Position numbers and translations under genes: made by a program
Shown: in pieces, positions 9,154 to 16,985 of the stretch
How positions within the stretch are numbered: position 1 is the first letter of the stretch
Layout: every line of letters begins with the position of its first letter
The notes under the pieces: model-generated
What the model saw: the letters and a program-made list of their open reading frames with translations, nothing else
What the model was told of the DNA's origin: nothing
Databases searched by the model: none
Assembly (NCBI GenBank): GCA_963708075.1
Contig: OY970194.1
Location: forward strand, 1,888,001-1,952,000
Reading direction: 5' to 3'
From: Sedimentisphaerales bacterium
Lineage (GTDB): Bacteria > Planctomycetota > Phycisphaerae > Sedimentisphaerales > Anaerobacaceae
DNA: 64,000 bases

Positions 9154-10385
9154 TTCGTGCAAGAGATGTTCAGAAGCTGGTGAAAGACCTGCATCATCCA
9201 GCCAGTGTCCAGACGCATGACAGAATTGTCGGCCACCTGCTCGCTGTGCTGAGACGAACGAAACCACAAGCGGCTGGCCAACAGCCGGCTGTAAGGAGAA
9301 CCTTCATGAGAAGTCCGATTATGAAACTCGCGGCAGCGGCCGGCCTCATTCTGGCCGTGATGCTGCCCGTCACTTTGCTTATAAAGTCAACCCCCACTGC
9401 CTCTGCCGCCGTGATCTTTCAACAGGCGGCCGAAGCCATGGAGAAGCTGAAATCTTTTCACATTCAGGTGGAGATGCGCACTCTCCCGCACGACAATTTC
9501 GCTTTGATCGTACTGGATCACGATTTCGTCCCCATCGATTTCTGGAAGCAATTCACCGATGATCCGCGGGGCAAATGGCGACTGGAAGAGCCGGGCCGGG
9601 TCGTCGTCATGGACGGCGGCATGTCCACGATGCTCATCAAACACCTCAACGAGGTCCACGAGGTCGCCGACCCGAATCCGGAGCGGTACTGGGACGAGTG
9701 CCTCGTTGAAGTAGACAAGGTCACGGAGCGGGAGGCCAGGAACGCATCGGAGCACCCGGCGGAGTTCTCCTTGTATCGCGAACAAGGGGAGGACGGCCGC
9801 GAAGAGATCATCATCTCTGTGGAGGTCCAGTCACGCGTGCCGGAGACGGACCACCTCCGAGACAGGTACATCAAGAATTCCGATCACCTGAAGGTTTACC
9901 GGTTTGATGCCCAGACGAAGCTGCTGGAGAACCTTGAGATCTACATGCATCACAAGGGCCAGGACATCCTGGTATTGCGACTGGTGCAGGCTGAGTATGA
10001 TATCGAGCTCGATCCGGCCCTGTTCCGCCTTGATCTGCCCGAGGACGTCATTCGGACTGTGCCTCTGGCCGTCCTGCCGGACAACGCCAGGTACGAACAG
10101 ATGACGCCGGAAGAGGCGGCGACGGCCTTCTTCACGGCCTGTGCTAAGGAGGACTGGGACGAACTGGTCAAGTTCCTGGGCCAGACCGGTGTCCCGCAAC
10201 TGATGAAGGACTACCTCGGCGGGCTGGAGATCATCTCGATCGGAGAGGCGTTCCAATCCGCCAACTATCCGGGCTGGTTCGTGCCCTATGAGGTCAAGCT
10301 CAAGTCCGGCCAGATCAAGAAACACAATCTCGCCATTCGCAAGGACAACCCGGCCAATCGTTTCGAGTATGACGGCGGGATATAG
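9150..10385 (+). CDS. Anti-sigma factor-like membrane protein with LolA-like periplasmic domain
   Basis: ATGA overlap with the sigma; RRTFMRSPIMKLAAAA plus TM helix; YRFDAQTKLL...LFRLDLPED. Confidence 0.78.
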   Translation: MIRARDVQKLVKDLHHPASVQTHDRIVGHLLAVLRRTKPQAAGQQPAVRRTFMRSPIMKLAAAAGLILAVMLPVTLLIKSTPTASAAVIFQQAAEAMEKLKSFHIQVEMRTLPHDNFALIVLDHDFVPIDFWKQFTDDPRGKWRLEEPGRVVVMDGGMSTMLIKHLNEVHEVADPNPERYWDECLVEVDKVTEREARNASEHPAEFSLYREQGEDGREEIIISVEVQSRVPETDHLRDRYIKNSDHLKVYRFDAQTKLLENLEIYMHHKGQDILVLRLVQAEYDIELDPALFRLDLPEDVIRTVPLAVLPDNARYEQMTPEEAATAFFTACAKEDWDELVKFLGQTGVPQLMKDYLGGLEIISIGEAFQSANYPGWFVPYEVKLKSGQIKKHNLAIRKDNPANRFEYDGGI

Positions 10386-10530
10386 TCGATACATCCACGA
10401 ACAACCCAGGGGTCACAACGGGCCAGGCCACAAGGGCTTGGCCCTTTCCATGTGCCGGCTGAGCCCGGCCGCTGGTGAAATTCTGTTGCCAAAGCTCTGA
10501 TTCTGCCTATAACATGCTTCGGCAGGGACT

Positions 10531-10559
10531 GTAGGGGCAGGTTTCAAACCTGCCCGTAC
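10531..10559 (+). repeat. GTAG-type REP-like palindrome
   Basis: GTAGGGGCAGGTTTCAAACCTGCCCGTAC with perfect stem GGGCAGGTTT/AAACCTGCCC. Confidence 0.75.
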
Positions 10560-10590
10560 CTTGGATGCGTGTAGAGCAAGGAGCTTCGGC

Positions 10591-12441
10591 ATGAAGTCAT
10601 GTGGATTGTCTCTGTTGTCCGCCGTTTGTCTGGTCGTCACGGGCGGTTGTGCGGTCCGGCATCTCGCGGGGTTTGATAGGCCCGCCATCTCCGGCGAGTT
10701 GAAACAGTGGCATACTGTCACGCTCACGTTTGCCGGTCCGCCGGCAAGCGAGATTGGCGAGCCGAATCCATTCCTGGATTGTCGGCTGACAATCACGTTC
10801 TCCCGAATTGAGGAAGACTCGGAATCCGATGTAGGGGCGAAACGTGTTTCGCCGGTACTCGTGCCGGGCTACTATGCGGCGGACGGTGACGCGGGTCAGA
10901 CCGGCGCCTCGCTGGGCAACAAGTGGCAGGCGCATTTCCTGCCCCCTGAGCCGGGCCGATGGCGGTACGTCGCTTCGTTCCGGATGGGCAAGGATATCGC
11001 GATCGACCCCTGTGTCGCAGGAGAGCCGATTGCCTTCGACGGGGCCAGAGGGACATTCGAAATCGATCCGACCGACAAGATCGGCCGGGACTTCCGCGCC
11101 CAGGGACTGCTGCGGTACATCGGGCAGCGGTACCTGCAGTTCGCCCACACTCGCACGTACTTCATCAAGGCCGGCGCCGACAGTCCGGAGAACTTCCTGG
11201 CCTATGCCGATTTCGACGGGACCTACGACAGCGGCGCGCTGACCCGCGAGGGCGAGGCGGCAGGCGACGAGTTCATTCACCACTACCAGCCACACGTGCA
11301 GGACTGGCTCACCGGCGACCCCACCTGGAAGGACGGCAAGGGCAAGGGCATCATCGGCGCCCTGAACTATCTCGCCTCCAAAGGCATGAACAGCGTCTAC
11401 TTCCTGACCTACAACGTGGACGGCGGGGACGGCAAAGACGTCTGGCCCTGGATCGATCCGAATGACAAGCTCCACTTCGACTGCAGCAAGCTGGCCCAGT
11501 GGGAAATCGTCTTCTCGCACATGGACAGACTCGGCCTGATGCTCCACGTCGTCACGCAGGAGACGGAGAACGACCAGGGCTTGGACAAGGGCGAGTTGGG
11601 CCGCCAGCGGAAGCTCTACTATCGCGAGTTGATCGCCCGCTTCGCGCACCATCCCGCACTCGTCTGGAACCTCGGCGAGGAGAATACCAACACCGACGAG
11701 CAGCGAAAGGCATTCGCCACGTACATCCGCGACCTGGACCCGTACGATCATCCAATCGTCTGTCATACGTTCCCCGGACAATATGATGCGGTGTACAATC
11801 CCCTCCTTGGATACGGGGATTTTGAGGGCCCCTCTCTGCAGACGAACGATACGCACAACCAGACGGTCAAGTGGATCGATCTATCCGCCAAGGCCGGGCG
11901 GGCGTGGTTCGTCTGCCTCGATGAGATCGGACCATCGCACACGGGGGCCAAGCCCGATAATGACGATTACTGGCACGACGAGGTGCGGAAACAGCATCTG
12001 TGGGGCAACCTGATGGCCGGCGGGGCCGGCGTCGAATGGTACTTCGGCTATCAGTTCCTCCACAATGACCTCAATTGCGAGAACTGGCGTAGCCGCGATC
12101 ACCTCTGGGACCTGACACGATACGCCCTGGACTTCTTCCAGAATCATCTGCGGTTCGCCAGAATGCATCATCACGACGAGCTGACGTCCGCCCCGGATGA
12201 CTATTGCCTTGCCAGCCCTGGGTATATGTATGCGATCTACCTGCCTTCCGGGGGAACGACCGACTTGGAGCTTGGCCCCCCGGCCGGGACGTTCCGCATC
12301 CGCTGGTTCAACCCCAGGCAAGGCGGCCCGATGGAATTGGGAACCCTGGTGTCGGCGACCGGGCCGGGAAAGATCAACATCGGCCAGCCGCCGAGGGATA
12401 CGGACAAGGACTGGGTCGCCCTCATCGACCGGGGCCGGTGA
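10591..12441 (+). CDS. DUF5060-like secreted lipoprotein/putative glycoside hydrolase with C-terminal collagen-binding-like domain
   Basis: Lipobox-like VTGGC; NPFLDCRL...VPGYYAADG; WNLGEEN; WFNPRQG...DWVALI. Confidence 0.72.
   Translation: MKSCGLSLLSAVCLVVTGGCAVRHLAGFDRPAISGELKQWHTVTLTFAGPPASEIGEPNPFLDCRLTITFSRIEEDSESDVGAKRVSPVLVPGYYAADGDAGQTGASLGNKWQAHFLPPEPGRWRYVASFRMGKDIAIDPCVAGEPIAFDGARGTFEIDPTDKIGRDFRAQGLLRYIGQRYLQFAHTRTYFIKAGADSPENFLAYADFDGTYDSGALTREGEAAGDEFIHHYQPHVQDWLTGDPTWKDGKGKGIIGALNYLASKGMNSVYFLTYNVDGGDGKDVWPWIDPNDKLHFDCSKLAQWEIVFSHMDRLGLMLHVVTQETENDQGLDKGELGRQRKLYYRELIARFAHHPALVWNLGEENTNTDEQRKAFATYIRDLDPYDHPIVCHTFPGQYDAVYNPLLGYGDFEGPSLQTNDTHNQTVKWIDLSAKAGRAWFVCLDEIGPSHTGAKPDNDDYWHDEVRKQHLWGNLMAGGAGVEWYFGYQFLHNDLNCENWRSRDHLWDLTRYALDFFQNHLRFARMHHHDELTSAPDDYCLASPGYMYAIYLPSGGTTDLELGPPAGTFRIRWFNPRQGGPMELGTLVSATGPGKINIGQPPRDTDKDWVALIDRGR
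10831..10858 (+). repeat. GTAG-type REP-like palindrome in frame inside the CDS
   Basis: GTAGGGGCGAAACGTGTTTCGCCGGTAC, stem GGCGAAAC/GTTTCGCC; encodes VGAKRVSPV. Confidence 0.7.
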
Positions 12442-12449
12442 AATACCTA

Positions 12450-12477
12450 TTGCAAAACGTTTTGCCGTCCGTATAAT
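12450..12477 (+). promoter_or_regulatory. Sigma70-type promoter overlapped by a 14-bp palindrome
   Basis: TTGCAA-16 nt-TATAAT; GCAAAACGTTTTGC at 12452-12465. Confidence 0.6.
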
Positions 12478-12554
12478 ACTCGCTCGTCAAGACTAGGGGT
12501 CTACACGAAACAGAACGAGTTTTGAACTCAAAAAGCAACTGGGAGACGATATCC

Positions 12555-13865
12555 ATGGAGCAGATGACTGAAGTAGGGATTAATCTCTTCGGAGACCAAT
12601 TGCCCTCGATGGAGGAATTGCGGACACTGTCTCATGCCGTGCATGCCAGTGAGGCGAGCCAGGCGAAATTCGCGCAGCAGGTCGAGGAGAACAAGAGCAA
12701 GACATCCGGGCACGTGGCCCTGGCGACCGGGATCGGTCTGTTCATGCTCGGCCGGTACCAGGAGGCGATAGAGAAATTGCGCAAGGGCCAGGACAGCAAG
12801 GAAAGGTACATGTACCTGGCGTTCACTCTGCGGCGCGTGAGACGATACGACGAGGCGATCGAGAGCCTCAAGAAAGCGAAAGACTCCGGGGCAGAGGCCC
12901 TGAATGTGAGCTTGGAGAAAGCCGCGACGTACCGGCAGGCGGGCAATCTGGAGGCGGCCACCAAGGAGATGCAGGCCTGCGCGAACTTCGAGAACGTCAG
13001 TGCCGAGTATCATTACCAGTTGGCCCGTCTGCAGGAGGCGCGAGGAGAATATGACAGGGCGCTGGGCAACTACCGGACGGCCCTTCAACTGGCCCCCGGG
13101 CACCAGCGGGCTCTGTTTCATTTGGCCTACCGTTATGACCTGTCCGGCCAGGAGGATGCGGCCATCGAAACCTACAAGCAAGTGGTAGCATCCTCCCCGG
13201 CGTACGTCAGTGCCCTGCTGAACCTGGCCGTGCTGTACGAAGACCGCGGCGACTTCCTCAAGGCAAGCAACTGCGTGGACAAGGTCCTGGAAGCCCACCC
13301 GAATCACCCGCGGGCCGTCCTCTTCAAAAAGGACATCGAAAGCTCCAAAACCATGTTCTATGACGAGGAGAAGGAAAAGAAGCGAACCCGCAAAAACCAG
13401 ATCCTCGAAACTCCGATCTCCGATTTCGAGCTCTCGGTGCGCAGCCGCAACTGCCTGCGAAAAATGAACATCCGCACGCTCGGGGACTTGCTGAACATCA
13501 CCGAGGCGGAGCTGCTCTCCTATAAGAACTTCGGCGAGACCTCGCTGAGGGAGATCAAGGCCATCCTGGAGCAGAAGGGCTTGCACCTCGGCATGGCCAT
13601 CGAGGACAAGCAGTTCCAGGCGGAGAGCACTCCCGGCGTCGAGACCGTGGAGAACCAGGGGCTGTTGACCAAGACCGTCGATGATCTGCAGTTGTCCGTT
13701 CGCTCTCGCAAATGCCTGCAGAAACTCAATATTCGCACGCTTGCCGAGCTGACACGGACGACGGACGCCGAGCTTCTGGGTTGTAAGAACTTCGGGGTGA
13801 CGAGCCTGAACGAGATCAAAAAGGTCCTGGCCAACGTCGGGCTGTCGCTTCGCAGCCTCGATTAA
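12555..13865 (+). CDS. TPR protein with two tandem RNA polymerase alpha-subunit C-terminal domains
   Basis: Several TPRs, then ELSVRSRNCL...KNFGETSLREIK and QLSVRSRKCL...KNFGVTSLNEIK. Confidence 0.88.
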   Translation: MEQMTEVGINLFGDQLPSMEELRTLSHAVHASEASQAKFAQQVEENKSKTSGHVALATGIGLFMLGRYQEAIEKLRKGQDSKERYMYLAFTLRRVRRYDEAIESLKKAKDSGAEALNVSLEKAATYRQAGNLEAATKEMQACANFENVSAEYHYQLARLQEARGEYDRALGNYRTALQLAPGHQRALFHLAYRYDLSGQEDAAIETYKQVVASSPAYVSALLNLAVLYEDRGDFLKASNCVDKVLEAHPNHPRAVLFKKDIESSKTMFYDEEKEKKRTRKNQILETPISDFELSVRSRNCLRKMNIRTLGDLLNITEAELLSYKNFGETSLREIKAILEQKGLHLGMAIEDKQFQAESTPGVETVENQGLLTKTVDDLQLSVRSRKCLQKLNIRTLAELTRTTDAELLGCKNFGVTSLNEIKKVLANVGLSLRSLD

Positions 13866-13880
13866 CCTGCACCGTCTTCT

Positions 13881-15236
13881 TTGATGGCTCACTGGTTGCG
13901 CAACAAGCTGCTGGCTGGTCGGACGCCCGATGGAACGGTTCGAAGGCCGCGTCATTACTGGCTGTGGTCCTGTTCCATTGGTTTCGCGTGCATGGTTCTG
14001 CTCGCCGTGTTCTTTCACGGCTGTGAGCAGAGGGAGATTGTCCGACCGACGCCGCAGATGGACACCGAGTCCCAGTTCTGGATCCGTGTTCTCCTGGTGT
14101 CGAACACGACCGAGTGCAGCCTGGCGACGCCCTCCGCCGTCAACGTGTCTCAAGGCCGTCTGGGCCCCGCCCTCCAGGCGGGATCCTTACTGGAGCCGAT
14201 TCGCAATCCAACGAAGGTCACCCTTTCCGGCGGCCGGCTTATGCTCGGCGACACGGTCCTGCCCGGCAACGAGGTGATTCTCAGCCCGCAGTCCCCTTAC
14301 GTCTTCAACCTGAACGGCGACGATTATCGCGGCAAGCTCCTGCTCGTCGCCGGCTCGCAGGGACGGGGATTCGACGTGATCAACCTGATTCCGCTCGAGC
14401 CGTACCTGGCGGGCGTCGTGGGCGAGGAGATGCCGGACTACTGGGAGCCGGAAGCCTTGAAGGCGCAAGCCATCGCCGCAAGGACCTACTGCCTCTATAC
14501 GAAGAACCGCTTCGGGGCCGGCCGCAACTGGGATGTCAGCCGCACACAGGCAAGTCAGGTGTACGGCGGCGTCCGGGCGGAATCCTCACAGGTCTGGAAT
14601 GCGGTGAACAGCACCGCCGGCAGGGTCGTAGTGACCCCGGGACAATCATCGGGGCCCCGTTTCGGATCAGAGGGGCTCAGCCGGGCCATTTTTCCAGCGT
14701 ATTTCAGCTCCGTCTGCGGCGGCCATACTACCGACAGCGAGCATGTCTTCGGCGAATCGTTTCCGACATTGAAAGGGGTCGCTTGTCCCTACTGCAAGGA
14801 CGTGGCCAAGCTGGGGTTGTTCTACTGGCCGATGGCCCAGTTTGACCGCGGGACTGTGACGAAGCAGTTGACGCAGCGATACCCAAAGCTCGACGCGATT
14901 GGCGAGATCCAGGATATTGTCGTTACCGAGAAGCAGGATTATGGCGAGTTCTCCCGGTTGACAAGGATCAAGCTCGTGGGAGCAACAGGCAAGACGGACA
15001 CGCTTCGGGCCGAGGACTTGCGATTGGCGATCGATTCGACGGGCCGCAAGATCAAGAGCACGGCCTGCCAGATCGTTTCCTGGGGCGATGGCTGGGCCTT
15101 TCTGTCGGGCAGAGGTTGGGGGCATGGCGTTGGCCTGTGCCAGTGTGGCGCCGAAGGCATGGCGAGGACAGGCCACAACGCGGAGGCGATGCTCCAGTAC
15201 TATTATCCCGGCTGTGAGATTGTAAGCATCTATTGA
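13881..15236 (+). CDS. SpoIID/LytB domain protein
   Basis: LEPYLAGVVGEEM...EALKAQAIAARTY, SQVYGG, GRGWGHGVGLCQCGA. Confidence 0.92.
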   Translation: MMAHWLRNKLLAGRTPDGTVRRPRHYWLWSCSIGFACMVLLAVFFHGCEQREIVRPTPQMDTESQFWIRVLLVSNTTECSLATPSAVNVSQGRLGPALQAGSLLEPIRNPTKVTLSGGRLMLGDTVLPGNEVILSPQSPYVFNLNGDDYRGKLLLVAGSQGRGFDVINLIPLEPYLAGVVGEEMPDYWEPEALKAQAIAARTYCLYTKNRFGAGRNWDVSRTQASQVYGGVRAESSQVWNAVNSTAGRVVVTPGQSSGPRFGSEGLSRAIFPAYFSSVCGGHTTDSEHVFGESFPTLKGVACPYCKDVAKLGLFYWPMAQFDRGTVTKQLTQRYPKLDAIGEIQDIVVTEKQDYGEFSRLTRIKLVGATGKTDTLRAEDLRLAIDSTGRKIKSTACQIVSWGDGWAFLSGRGWGHGVGLCQCGAEGMARTGHNAEAMLQYYYPGCEIVSIY

Positions 15237-15245
15237 CAGAATCGA

Positions 15246-16388
15246 ATGTCCCACTTGGAAATCCTCAGTACCGACCCGCATTGTGCCGCCCGGCGTGGGG
15301 TCCTGCACCTGGCTCACGGCGACGTCCAGACGCCGGCATTCATGCCGGTGGGGACCGCGGGGGCCGTCAAGGGGGTTGTCCCCAGTCTGCTCGCAGAGAC
15401 TGCCACGGAAATCATTCTGGCGAATACCTACCACCTCATGCTCAGGCCGGGCGTCGACGCGGTGCAGCGCATCGGAGGCCTGCATCGGCTCATGGCCTGG
15501 AATCGCCCGATCCTGACCGACAGCGGCGGCTACCAGGTGTTCTCTCTGAGCGCCCTGACTCGGATTGACGATGAGGGTGTCGAATTCAGCAGTCATATCG
15601 ACGGAGCCCGCGTACACCTGAACGCTGAGATCGCCACCGACATCCAGCACCGGCTCGGAGCCGACATCATTATGTGCTTCGACGAGTGCACTCCATTTCC
15701 AGCGGACCAAGGGCACATAGAGACGGCTGTAAGAAGAACCACTGAATGGGCGAGGCGATGCAAGCGCGAGTTCTCAGTTCTCGGTTCTCAGTTGTCAGCG
15801 GACAACCGGCAACTGCTTTTCGGCATCGTCCAGGGCGGGATCGATCCGGAGCTTCGACGCCGTTGTGCCGAGCAGATCGTGGAAATCGGCTTCGATGGAT
15901 ACGCCATCGGTGGCCTGAGCGTCGGGGAAGGTCACGATAACATGGTGCGCACGGTCGAGTTCACCGCCCCCCTGCTGCCGCATGAGCATCCGCGCTACCT
16001 GATGGGCGTGGGTATGCCGGTGGACATCCTGGCCGCCGTCCGGGCCGGCGTGGACATGTTCGATTGCGTCCTGCCCACCCGCAACGGCCGCAACGCCTTT
16101 GCGTTCACTGAACAAGGCCCCTTGCGACTGCGTAACTCTGTTCATGGCGACTCTACGGAGCCGGTGGAGCCGGGCTGCGACTGCTACGGTTGCCGGCATT
16201 TCACGCGGGGGGCAATCAGGCACTTTTTCAACAGCGGCGAGATGCTCGGCCCGATTCTGCTGTCGCTGCACAATCTGCGGTTCTATCAAAGACTCATGGC
16301 GAATATCCGCAAGCACATTGAGCAAGGCGATTTTGATGCCTGGGCGGCCGCCGAAATGGAGAGGTATGCATGGACCGATAATAAGTAG
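15246..16388 (+). CDS. tgt: tRNA-guanine transglycosylase
   Basis: TPAFMPVGT, LANTYHL, LTDSGGYQVFSL, DMFDCVLPTRNGRN, CDCYGC zinc motif. Confidence 0.97.
   Translation: MSHLEILSTDPHCAARRGVLHLAHGDVQTPAFMPVGTAGAVKGVVPSLLAETATEIILANTYHLMLRPGVDAVQRIGGLHRLMAWNRPILTDSGGYQVFSLSALTRIDDEGVEFSSHIDGARVHLNAEIATDIQHRLGADIIMCFDECTPFPADQGHIETAVRRTTEWARRCKREFSVLGSQLSADNRQLLFGIVQGGIDPELRRRCAEQIVEIGFDGYAIGGLSVGEGHDNMVRTVEFTAPLLPHEHPRYLMGVGMPVDILAAVRAGVDMFDCVLPTRNGRNAFAFTEQGPLRLRNSVHGDSTEPVEPGCDCYGCRHFTRGAIRHFFNSGEMLGPILLSLHNLRFYQRLMANIRKHIEQGDFDAWAAAEMERYAWTDNK
15770..15815 (+). repeat. Heptamer tandem repeat/hairpin in frame inside tgt
   Basis: GTTCTCA GTTCTCG GTTCTCA GTTGTCA GCG GACAACC GGCAACT. Confidence 0.7.
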
Positions 16389-16432
16389 ATAGCGTCAGGT
16401 CCACTCTTTTCAACGGCAAATCTCATTTGAAT

Positions 16433-16461
16433 TTGACATTTCCACTCTCCTGATATAGGCT
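16433..16461 (+). promoter_or_regulatory. Putative sigma70 promoter for yajC-secDF
   Basis: TTGACA-17 nt-TAGGCT. Confidence 0.5.
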
Positions 16462-16499
16462 ATTGGGTTTGTGGCATGGTCCTTGGAAAGGAACCCATC

Positions 16500-16925
16500 A
16501 TGGATAACGTGTGGATATTGGCACAAACGGAGTCGGGGCAGGCCCCCTCACGAGTCGGTTCAGAGCCCGTGGAGACCGAGGGTGGAGCGACGACCACCGC
16601 GCCGGGTGAACCCCCGCGGCCGACGGACATCCCGCCCAAAAAGCAGGGATCGCCTTTGATGAGCCTGCTGCCGCTGATCTTGATCATGGTATTCATGTAC
16701 CTGCTGTTGTTCCGCGGGCCCCGAAAGCAGCAGCAGCAACAACGCCAGATGGTCCAGACGCTGAAGAAAAACGACCGGGTCCGCACGATCGGAGGGATCA
16801 TCGGGACCATCGTGGAGGTCCGGGACGATGAGGTCCACCTCAAAATCGATGAGGCAAACAATACGAAGATTTGGATCAGTGCTTCCGCCATTGGCAAGAA
16901 TCTCTCCGAGGAGAAAAAGGATTAA
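16500..16925 (+). CDS. yajC: Preprotein translocase subunit YajC
   Basis: TM helix, then LKKNDRVRTIGGIIGTIV; canonical tgt-yajC-secD order. Confidence 0.93.
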   Translation: MDNVWILAQTESGQAPSRVGSEPVETEGGATTTAPGEPPRPTDIPPKKQGSPLMSLLPLILIMVFMYLLLFRGPRKQQQQQRQMVQTLKKNDRVRTIGGIIGTIVEVRDDEVHLKIDEANNTKIWISASAIGKNLSEEKKD

Positions 16926-16985
16926 GAGCGTTTCGTGGATGGTCGAAATAGTTCCGATCTGGAGGCTCACTGAGTAGGAATAGTT

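Noticed and set aside
12555..13865. rpoA
   Set aside because: Lacks the alpha N-terminal domain and the ribosomal operon context.
14627..14680. Short inverted repeats inside the SpoIID gene
   Set aside because: Stems are short and GC-only, so chance is likely.
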